The notes under the pieces were generated by a model. The model was not told the origin of the DNA. It saw nothing but the letters and a program-made list of their open reading frames with translations, and made no database searches. Shown here piece after piece: positions 1 to 8,075 of a DNA stretch of 64,000 bases (position 1 is the stretch's first letter; each line of letters opens with the position of its first letter). The stretch comes from Candidatus Cloacimonadales bacterium (GTDB lineage Bacteria; Cloacimonadota; Cloacimonadia; Cloacimonadales; JAFGVF01), in NCBI GenBank assembly GCA_963678315.1, contig OY782781.1:512001-576000 (forward strand), in the 5' to 3' direction. The position numbers and the translations under genes were made by a program.

Positions 1-525
1 AGCTCTGTTAAACATGCGTTCAGCTTGTTCATATTGAGCTTGTGCTCCTTTATATGATGCTAAAGCACCTTGATAAGCGTTCTTACTAAGAAGAAGAGCT
101 TGCTCTGAAATAGATTGTTGTTTAAATAATAAAGAATCTGCAGAAAGCTGCATTTTCTTGGTAACTAAGCTTGTTTCTGAAGCCAATAAACTTGCTTCAG
201 CTTGTTTCATTGTATATTCATATTGGTCAGATTCAATTCTTCCAATCTCTTCACCTTTCTTAACATAATCACCTAAATGCTTGTTCAGAGAAATCAATCT
301 ACCACTAATATCAGCAAGCATATCTATATCAAGAATTCCCTCTGCTTTACCAGATAATGTGATAGTTCTTGTCATTTGCTTTGTTTCTACATCAGCTACA
401 ATAACTGTAGAAAGGTTCTTTTTATTGTTTGCTGATTCACCTGACTCTTTATTATTCTTTTTTGAACATCCGCTTACTAACAATACAATTATTGCTAACA
501 AAAGTATTAATCTATTTTTATTCAT
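1..525 (-). CDS. RND efflux periplasmic adaptor (membrane fusion) lipoprotein, runs off the window's left edge
   Basis: Own translation from ATG at 525: MNKNRLILLLAIIVLLVSGC (lipobox)...ITLSGKAEG...ADISGRLISL...LGDYVRKGEEIGRI (biotinyl-lipoyl half of MFP), then coiled coil; start overlaps TolC stop (TAATG). Confidence 0.85.
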   Translation of the reverse strand, partial: MNKNRLILLLAIIVLLVSGCSKKNNKESGESANNKKNLSTVIVADVETKQMTRTITLSGKAEGILDIDMLADISGRLISLNKHLGDYVKKGEEIGRIESDQYEYTMKQAEASLLASETSLVTKKMQLSADSLLFKQQSISEQALLLSKNAYQGALASYKGAQAQYEQAERMFNRA

Positions 526-1856
526 TATTCCCCCTTAATCTCTGCTTTTAAAATTCTATTAAATTCTTGATCACTATCAATTCCAAGTAGTTGCTTTAGA
601 GAAGACTTCATCTTCAAGTAAGTATATTTAGAAGAAACATAAGTTTCATGAGCATTAGCTAAGTCAATCTCTATATCTAGCATATCTTCTACTGAGAAGG
701 TATTATTCCAAAGTTTTGCTTCAAACTTATCAAACAAGGCTGTATTTAGTTCATAGCTCTTCTCAGCTACTGTTAACCTAGCCACAGAAGCATAGTAACT
801 GTTTAATATTGTAAGTAAAGAAGTTTGAAGATTATCACTTAATATTTGTCTGTTAAGTGTACTTTCATTAAGACTTTCTCTTTGAGCATTCATGTCATGA
901 TACTTGTTTGCCAAAGGGAAGATAGCCAAAGATGCTGTTAAGGATAGAGTTCCTGAATCATCAAAACTACTACTAGCTTCAGTTGCTGACCAGCTTTTGT
1001 TGTAAGCTAGATTTAAAGTTGGTAAGAAAGACATCTTTTTCATATTAAGTGAAAAGTTACTTATCTGTAGAGAATGATGGTTCTGTCTTAATTGAGAATT
1101 GTTTCGTTCAGCATAAGTCCAGAGATTGTTGAAAATACTGTTCTTGCTAATGTCGTTCAAAGAAGATATTTCTTCAAGAGGTTCATCGAAAGAATCTTCA
1201 GTAATATCTACAAGTTCAAAGTCTTCTTCTATATTAAGATGATCTTTGAGATTCTTATATGCTTGAACAGATTTAGAATCTTGGTCTATTAAAGCAAGTT
1301 TCTTATTGTTAACATCTAATTCAAGTCTTAACATATCTTCTTTAGAAATAAGTCCTTGTTTAAATTTAACTTGCCCAGTAGATAAATGCTTCTGAGAAAT
1401 CTTCAAGCTTCTCTCAGCAATAGATAAATACTTGGTGGCTTCTAAAGCATCATAGTATAGGCTTTCAAGCTCTACAGTCAGATCAATAATTGTCTGACGT
1501 TTGTTTTCTAACTGCATAAGATAGCTTTCATTCTGAATCTTATTATTGTAATATTTACTTCCTCCAGCTAGTATAGTCTGAGATATAGATAATCCATATT
1601 GAGTGGAATATCCACCAATCATTTGTTGGTCCTCGTCAAACCTAGAGTGGCTTGCTGTAACATTTGCTGTTGGTAGAAAGCTAAACAATGAGCTTAGCTT
1701 GTTAGACTTAGCCTGTTCGATTTGGGCTAAACTAACTTTATAGTCTAAATTCTTTTCTAGTAAAATCTCTTTAGCTGACTCTAGCGATAATTCTTTTGCT
1801 TGAGTAATACTAACAAGAGCTACTAAACACATTATTAGAGCTAATGTTTTCTTCAT
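525..1856 (-). CDS. TolC-family outer membrane efflux protein
   Basis: Signal peptide MKKTLALIMCLVALVSITQA (likely start 1856; ORF track starts at 1928); two OEP repeats with FLPTANV / FLPTLNL motifs; coupled to the adaptor gene. Confidence 0.85.
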   Translation of the reverse strand: MKKTLALIMCLVALVSITQAKELSLESAKEILLEKNLDYKVSLAQIEQAKSNKLSSLFSFLPTANVTASHSRFDEDQQMIGGYSTQYGLSISQTILAGGSKYYNNKIQNESYLMQLENKRQTIIDLTVELESLYYDALEATKYLSIAERSLKISQKHLSTGQVKFKQGLISKEDMLRLELDVNNKKLALIDQDSKSVQAYKNLKDHLNIEEDFELVDITEDSFDEPLEEISSLNDISKNSIFNNLWTYAERNNSQLRQNHHSLQISNFSLNMKKMSFLPTLNLAYNKSWSATEASSSFDDSGTLSLTASLAIFPLANKYHDMNAQRESLNESTLNRQILSDNLQTSLLTILNSYYASVARLTVAEKSYELNTALFDKFEAKLWNNTFSVEDMLDIEIDLANAHETYVSSKYTYLKMKSSLKQLLGIDSDQEFNRILKAEIKGE

Positions 1857-2050
1857 ATTGTCCCCTTTATAGTGATTCAGTATATATGATATTTCATTAC
1901 TTGTAAATATCAATTGACTTTTGCCCAACGGTTACTTTTTAACCTTGAACGGTTAATTCTTGTAAGAATGCAGTTCTTTTTTACCGATATTATCATGATT
2001 AGTTATGTCTTGTTTCAGATAATTCACAAAGACCTCAAATCAAAATTAAT

Positions 2051-2079
2051 TTGACATCTATTCAATATAATATTATAAT
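2051..2079 (+). promoter_or_regulatory. sigma-70 promoter
   Basis: Perfect TTGACA-N17-TATAAT, 27 bp upstream of ATG 2107. Confidence 0.8.
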
Positions 2080-2106
2080 GAATGAAACAAGAATAATGGA
2101 GATACA

Positions 2107-3462
2107 ATGACTAGAATATACATGGTGGTTACCCTTCTATTTTGCTTTTACACTGGGATATTTGCTATAGAAGTAGGCCAAGTAAGCAATACAGATAAGG
2201 AAAGAAGCCTTCCCCAGGAAGAAGATAACAATCCCTTCAAACAGAATGAATTCATTAAGCAATATGGCGATTTAGAAGTTGTAACAATTAAAGTTCTTGG
2301 CTTAAGAAGAACATCAGAAAAGACTTTCTTACGCTGGTTTGACCTTAAAGCAAAGCAAACAGTCTCCAACTATAATCTTGAACAGCTATTTAAAGATATA
2401 GATGATAAAAATTTATTCTCCATGCAAAAGTCAGTAGACTTTTATGAAAGAGATTCTAAGGCATATATGGTTGTACAAGTCGATGAAAAGTGGTCATTGA
2501 TTCCAGTTCCATTTTATTCTACTGATGGAGATAAAAGCCTTTATGGTGGAGCATTACTTGATTCTAATCTATTTGGACAAGGCAATACTTTGTTAGCAGC
2601 CTTAGCTGTAGGATCTTCTTCAATTACAACTTTTGGTATGTATTCAATGAAGAACATTCTTGATAAAAAGTATAATTTCCAACTATTATTCAGCTATAGA
2701 AACAACGATATAGAAATGTCTGATATAGATGAAGAATTTTATTTAAAGAATAGAGCTCTTTTTGCTACATCAAGAGTTATATTTACTCGAAACTTATTAA
2801 ACAAACAGCTCAAGATTGGACCTCGGTTAGGCTTCAATTATGGTAGTATAGATGAAGATTGGGATGATTCAATCAATAATAGCAGAGACCACACTTTAGG
2901 CGCGGCTGGTTTCAGCATAGAATATGATAATACCGAAAGAGATTTTGTTTTTAATGTAGGCTCTAAAGTTACATTAACGAGTGAATATTACCATTCTTTC
3001 AAAGATTATGAAGATGATTTCGTTAAGCAAGATTTCAAAGCATCTTATTCTACAATGCTGATAGAGAACATAAACCTTAGCTTCCACACTCAAGGTGGGC
3101 TCTTTGATAAAGCTGATTTAGTAGAAGATGAATTGGGTGGTCATTTTGGTGCTAAATCATTACCTTCTGGTAATATTTATGCTGATAATTGGGTAGATGG
3201 AGCTATAGTATTTGAAATTCCTGTTTGGAAAAAGGGTAAATTCCATCCAACTATTTCAGCCTTTTATGAGGGTGGATATTACGACTATGAAGGTGGTGTT
3301 GAAGAATATATTTCATTCAATCAGAAATACCATGGTATTGGTGGTGAATTCAGAGTATATTTCGATAAAGTTGCATTACCTGCTCTTGGCTTTTCATACG
3401 CCTACAACTTTACTTCAAAGAGTGGTCATTTGAACTTCTCAATCGGAATGGGTGGAAATTAA
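2107..3462 (+). CDS. Omp85/BamA-TamA-like outer membrane beta-barrel protein with one POTRA-like domain
   Basis: Signal peptide; 'IKVLGLRRT' POTRA-like start; 'VQVDEKWS..P', 'DSNLFGQG' Omp85-type motifs; alternating beta-strands; C-terminal NFSIG. Confidence 0.6.
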   Translation: MTRIYMVVTLLFCFYTGIFAIEVGQVSNTDKERSLPQEEDNNPFKQNEFIKQYGDLEVVTIKVLGLRRTSEKTFLRWFDLKAKQTVSNYNLEQLFKDIDDKNLFSMQKSVDFYERDSKAYMVVQVDEKWSLIPVPFYSTDGDKSLYGGALLDSNLFGQGNTLLAALAVGSSSITTFGMYSMKNILDKKYNFQLLFSYRNNDIEMSDIDEEFYLKNRALFATSRVIFTRNLLNKQLKIGPRLGFNYGSIDEDWDDSINNSRDHTLGAAGFSIEYDNTERDFVFNVGSKVTLTSEYYHSFKDYEDDFVKQDFKASYSTMLIENINLSFHTQGGLFDKADLVEDELGGHFGAKSLPSGNIYADNWVDGAIVFEIPVWKKGKFHPTISAFYEGGYYDYEGGVEEYISFNQKYHGIGGEFRVYFDKVALPALGFSYAYNFTSKSGHLNFSIGMGGN

Positions 3463-3495
3463 TCAACATTAAGATATATAAAGGTTGGAGTAGAT

Positions 3496-4881
3496 ATGGA
3501 TAAAATTCTTATAATTGATGACAACAAAGATCTTCACTTAGTGCTTGAAGCTTTATTAAAAAAGTACAATAATATATCTATAGACCATGCCTATAATGGA
3601 ATGGAAGGCTATCTTATGCTAGAAAAAGTTAAGCCTTCATTAGTGATTTTAGACAATCAAATGCCAGTAATGTCTGGTTTTGAGTTACTTAACAAGTTAA
3701 ATCAAGAGAATAAAACTTACACCATAATTATGCTCACTGCTTTTGGAAGAATTGAAGATGCTGTCGAAGCTATCAAACTAGGAGCTTTAGATTATATCAC
3801 TAAACCTTTTGATGAAGACAAGTTTTTCTTAACTGTTAGTAAAGCTCTAAAGATTGGTTCATTAAAGAAGTCTAAGAAGATTTCAAGAGCTATCATGGGT
3901 AATTCCAACACCTTTGATAATGCTCTAATTGGAAAGTCTCCACTCTTTCGCCAAGTAATCGAGAATGCAAAACTTGTCGCTACAACTGATATTGATGTCC
4001 TTATTAAGGGTAGTAATGGAACAGGCAAAGAGGAAATAGCAAAGTTGATTCACTATTCCAGTGATAGAGCAGATAAGCCATTTGTTACTATTGATTGTGG
4101 TGCTATCCCCGAAAGCCTTATTGAGTCAGAACTGTTTGGTTCAACTAAAGGCTCATATACTGGTGCCATTGAAGACAGAGCTGGCTACTTTGAGCAAGCT
4201 AATACCGGGACAGTCTTTCTGGATGAAATTGGTAATTTACCATTCAAAGCCCAAGCTTCACTCTTAAGAGCTCTTCAAACAAGAAAGATTAAAAGAGTTG
4301 GAAGCCCTGACTCCATCGATATTGATGTTAGAATTATCTGTGCTACCAATGCAAAGCTCCTTGATTGTATTGCTGACGAGACTTTTAAGGAAGACTTATT
4401 CCATAGAATCAATGGCTTTGATATTACTTTACCAGACTTAAAAGATAGAAAAGAAGATATACCTGCCTTAGTTAATCATTTTATCACTCAATTCAATGCT
4501 AAGCTAAATAGAAATGTTCAGATTATCTCCCCTGAATCAATGGAAATGCTGACTAATTATGAGTGGCCAGGTAACATTAGAGAGCTAATAAATTGCTTAC
4601 AAAAAGCTGTTCTTCTTAGTAAGGGGACTACTCTTTCAGATAAAACCATTACCCTAGTTTCTAACCCTGACTTTGATAGCATGAAGAGGGAAAACACAAT
4701 AGTTCAGGATATTCTTGATAAACCAATTGATATGAAAGAGAAACTTCAACTCTTTGAAGAGCTTATTATTAAGGATGCAGTTGATAAGAATAAAGGTAAC
4801 AAGTCTAATGCTGCAAAATTCCTGAATATTTCTAGGAAGAAACTCTATGAAAGACTTAAGAACTTCACTTTCAAGAAGTAA
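3496..4881 (+). CDS. Sigma-54-dependent response regulator (NtrC/AtoC family: REC-AAA+-Fis HTH)
   Basis: REC (IIDD, D53, KPF); Walker A GSNGTGKE; ESELFG + GSYTGA loop; FLDEIG; WPGNIREL; C-terminal HTH. Confidence 0.92.
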   Translation: MDKILIIDDNKDLHLVLEALLKKYNNISIDHAYNGMEGYLMLEKVKPSLVILDNQMPVMSGFELLNKLNQENKTYTIIMLTAFGRIEDAVEAIKLGALDYITKPFDEDKFFLTVSKALKIGSLKKSKKISRAIMGNSNTFDNALIGKSPLFRQVIENAKLVATTDIDVLIKGSNGTGKEEIAKLIHYSSDRADKPFVTIDCGAIPESLIESELFGSTKGSYTGAIEDRAGYFEQANTGTVFLDEIGNLPFKAQASLLRALQTRKIKRVGSPDSIDIDVRIICATNAKLLDCIADETFKEDLFHRINGFDITLPDLKDRKEDIPALVNHFITQFNAKLNRNVQIISPESMEMLTNYEWPGNIRELINCLQKAVLLSKGTTLSDKTITLVSNPDFDSMKRENTIVQDILDKPIDMKEKLQLFEELIIKDAVDKNKGNKSNAAKFLNISRKKLYERLKNFTFKK

Positions 4882-4948
4882 TAAATTATAAAACTATAAA
4901 GAGAGTTTACACAAAAATAATCCCTTCGTGGGATAATTTACCCCTCTG

Positions 4949-5330
4949 GGGTATCCTGCAAAGTCGGAACACCGCCATCCCTGATGGCCAAACCTACGAA
5001 AGTAGGTTGTGCATAATATATAAATATATGTTTAACATATATTTATATATAAGAGCCAGCACAGAGGCTGGTAATCCCAGTACTCCTAACTCCTAACAAT
5101 TTATGTCGCCCTTTCAGGGCTATTGTTAATTTTTTAACTATTACATGGAGGGCAAGCCTCCATGCTTAGTATATGCCACCCTTTCAGGGTTTAACCCAAA
5201 TAAAGCACTAGGACTTAAAAAATCGCACTATATTATTTTCGTCAAACCTAATGCTTTATCTGGGTTTAACTGCCTCATTGCCCTTGGGTATCCTGCATAA
5301 AAAGGCAATTTAATGCAGCAGGCAAGTAAG
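4949..5330 (-). repeat. Composite palindromic cassette, copy 1 (reverse orientation)
   Basis: 62-nt module 4949-5010 matches 20609-20670 and 33261-33325 in reverse; REP at 5054-5081; end hairpin at 5286-5330. Confidence 0.75.
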
Positions 5331-5435
5331 CATGGAGTTACTGAGCTTTTAGAGAGGTTTGGCAAACGCCTCAATAGCAAGCTAAACCATGACAGGCGAA
5401 GACTGTAGCTTGCAAGCTAATTATAGCTTTAGTCG

Positions 5436-6113
5436 CTACTTTATCTGCATCTTCTCAAGCTCTTCATTAGGAATTAACACTTGAGATATTCCTTGACTAT
5501 ATGGACCTACTTGATAAGGAGCAAAGCTAAGAAGTAAGCCAGATTTTGTATAATTCCAATTTTTGAAAGTATTCTTGTAATGGCTAGAATCCGTTGTCCA
5601 AAATTCCTTTGCCATTTTTTTATGCTCATTGGCACAATATTTTTCTATTTTTTTATAATCGATATTGGGATAATAATGTTCTATTTCAACATTCTGGAAA
5701 GTGTTTAGGTCAATATTAAAGGTCTTAAAGAAGGTATTTGCATGTGCTCCACCGGTATATTCATCATAACGTAATTTCAATGATAAGATATCTTGTGATT
5801 GATAAACAATATCATAAGACCAGTTTTGAAAAAAGCCACGTTCATGGTCATATTTGTAACATAATTCTATAAAATCTAACATTAGAGGATGGCTATAATC
5901 AGTTAGTATTTTTCTAATCTTATCATTATCAGGTTCACTCATCAAGGGAAATTCGGGAAAAGAAATTTTCACTGTATCAAAGTCATTTATTCTGATTAAG
6001 TCGTTTTTTTGAATTACCTTTTTAGGAACTCTTGCTTGTTGAATGTTTTGAGAAAAAGCGTAATTTGTTGTAACTAGTAAACCTATTAGCAACATAATTT
6101 TTAATTTATTCAT
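5436..6113 (-). CDS. RsiV/PdaC-like (DUF3298) exported protein
   Basis: Signal peptide; YTGGAH motif; 'F.PYQVGPYSQG...V.IP' C-terminal signature. Confidence 0.8.
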   Translation of the reverse strand: MNKLKIMLLIGLLVTTNYAFSQNIQQARVPKKVIQKNDLIRINDFDTVKISFPEFPLMSEPDNDKIRKILTDYSHPLMLDFIELCYKYDHERGFFQNWSYDIVYQSQDILSLKLRYDEYTGGAHANTFFKTFNIDLNTFQNVEIEHYYPNIDYKKIEKYCANEHKKMAKEFWTTDSSHYKNTFKNWNYTKSGLLLSFAPYQVGPYSQGISQVLIPNEELEKMQIK

Positions 6114-6325
6114 GCTTAATTACCTCTATAATTATATTTAACCTAGATAATGCACTAGGTTTAAGTTTAATAAAATATGCTGGATATCTTTTGTCAATAA
6201 ACATGATTTAACAACAAGCTAATTAATTAAGAGATAAAAAAATAACAACGTTAATATTCAATAGGTTATTGACAAATATTAGACTATAGAATTTTATGAA
6301 AAGAAAAAACATTTGAGGTAAACTA

Positions 6326-7852
6326 ATGAGTAAAATACTAATTGATGGTAATACTCTTACACTAGAAAATGTGTGGGATATTGCTTGTAATAATGTAGAA
6401 ATAGAGCTTACTAAAGAAAGTAAAGAAAAAGTAGTAAAATGTCGTGAATATGTAGATAGAATTATTGATGAAGGTAGAATTGTTTATGGTTTAACTACTG
6501 GTTTTGGTAAATTCTCAACTATCACTATTGCTCAAGAAGATATTGCTGAATTACAAGAAAACTTAATTTTAAGTCATGCTACTGGTGTTGGAGAATTTTT
6601 CTCAATTGAAGAAACTAGAGCAATCATGTTACTTAGAATTTGTGTTCTTGCAAAAGGACATTCAGGTATCAGATTATCAACTTTAGAAGCTCTTATTGAG
6701 ATGCTTAACAAAGGTGTTCATCCATGTATTCCTGAAAAAGGTTCAGTTGGTGCAAGCGGCGATTTAGCTCCTCTTTCTCACCTTGCTTTAGTTCTTCTTG
6801 GAAAAGGCGAAGCTATCTACCAAGGTGTTAAAATGACAGGTGCTGAAGCTATGGAAAAAGCTAACATTCTTCCTGTTAAATTAGCAGCAAAAGAAGGTCT
6901 TGCTCTTAACAATGGTACACAAGTAATGACAGGTGTTGGTGCTTTAGCTCTTATCCGTGCTGAAAAGCTTTGCCAAACTGCTGATATTGCTCATACTGCT
7001 TCTCTTGATGCTTTCTTAGGGACTTGCAAAGCCTTTAACCAATTAGTACATAGTGTTAGACCTCACCAAGGACAATTAGATTCTGCTACAAACATCAGAA
7101 ACTTAATTGAAGGAAGTGAATTAAGAGAATCACACACTAACTGCGAAAATGTTCAAGATCCATATAGTATGCGTTGTGGTGCTCAGGTTCATGGTGCTGT
7201 TAGAGAAACATTGAGATACGTTAGATCAATCCTTGATGTTGAAATCAACTCAGCTACTGATAATCCGTTAATTTTCCCAGAACAAGACGAAGTAATCTCT
7301 GGTGGTAACTTCCATGGTGAGCCTGTTGCTATTGCTATGGACGCACTTGGAATGGCTATTGCTGAAATCGCTAACATCTCTGAGAGAAGAATGGAACAAT
7401 TATTCAACCCAGCACAATCTCGTGGACTTAATGCTTTCTTAGCTCCAAGACCAGGTATAGACTCTGGATTCATGATAGCACAACTTACAGCTGCATCTTT
7501 AGTGTCAGAAAACAAAGTTCTTGCTCACCCAGCTTCAGTTGACTCAATTCCAACTTCAGCACTTCAAGAAGACCATGTTTCTATGGGTACAATCGGTGCA
7601 GTTAAAGCTAGAAATATAATAGATAATGTTGAACATGTTTTGGCAATAGAATTGATGGCTTCTTGCCAAGCTCTCGATGATAGAAAGATTCCTAGCTCAA
7701 AAGCTATTGAAGCTGTGAAAGCTAATATCAGAACATTTGTTGACTATATCGACAAAGATAGAATAATATTCCCTGATATGAGAAATATGAAAGACTTTGT
7801 TCATAACTTTAAAGCTCTTGATATTGTTTCTGAATTCGTTGACATGAAATAG
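6326..7852 (+). CDS. hutH: Histidine ammonia-lyase
   Basis: YGLTTGFG; GSVGASGDLAPL (MIO-forming ASG); QDPYSMRC; NSATDNP; SGGNFHG; QEDHVSMG. Confidence 0.96.
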   Translation: MSKILIDGNTLTLENVWDIACNNVEIELTKESKEKVVKCREYVDRIIDEGRIVYGLTTGFGKFSTITIAQEDIAELQENLILSHATGVGEFFSIEETRAIMLLRICVLAKGHSGIRLSTLEALIEMLNKGVHPCIPEKGSVGASGDLAPLSHLALVLLGKGEAIYQGVKMTGAEAMEKANILPVKLAAKEGLALNNGTQVMTGVGALALIRAEKLCQTADIAHTASLDAFLGTCKAFNQLVHSVRPHQGQLDSATNIRNLIEGSELRESHTNCENVQDPYSMRCGAQVHGAVRETLRYVRSILDVEINSATDNPLIFPEQDEVISGGNFHGEPVAIAMDALGMAIAEIANISERRMEQLFNPAQSRGLNAFLAPRPGIDSGFMIAQLTAASLVSENKVLAHPASVDSIPTSALQEDHVSMGTIGAVKARNIIDNVEHVLAIELMASCQALDDRKIPSSKAIEAVKANIRTFVDYIDKDRIIFPDMRNMKDFVHNFKALDIVSEFVDMK

Positions 7853-7875
7853 AAATTAATCTAAAATATATTAAT

Positions 7876-7911
7876 AAGAGCCTTGAGTTATTCTCTTGGC
7901 TCTTTTCTTTT
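7876..7911 (+). terminator. Intrinsic terminator after hutH
   Basis: AAGAGCC...GGCTCTT stem followed by T-rich tract. Confidence 0.65.
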
Positions 7912-8075
7912 ATAACAATTCTCCCAAATATGCAATAAACTTTATGGAATAACACATATTCTTGTTATATTCTTCAATAAAGCCTAATGGAAAGGATTGA
8001 AATAGATATAACTTGACGTAATTCCATATATTTATAGTATGAGAAGTTGGTAGATTGATTCTAAAGGAGAATGCT

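Noticed and set aside
1857..2050. Sigma-54 promoter for the TolC operon
   Set aside because: The best candidate (1970-1985) has GG-N12-GC spacing, not N10
4882..5435. tRNA or known structured RNA in the GC-rich intergenic regions
   Set aside because: No cloverleaf, TTCGA T-loop or CCA end; the structure is explained by dispersed palindromic repeats, though an unknown ncRNA cannot be excluded without an Rfam search
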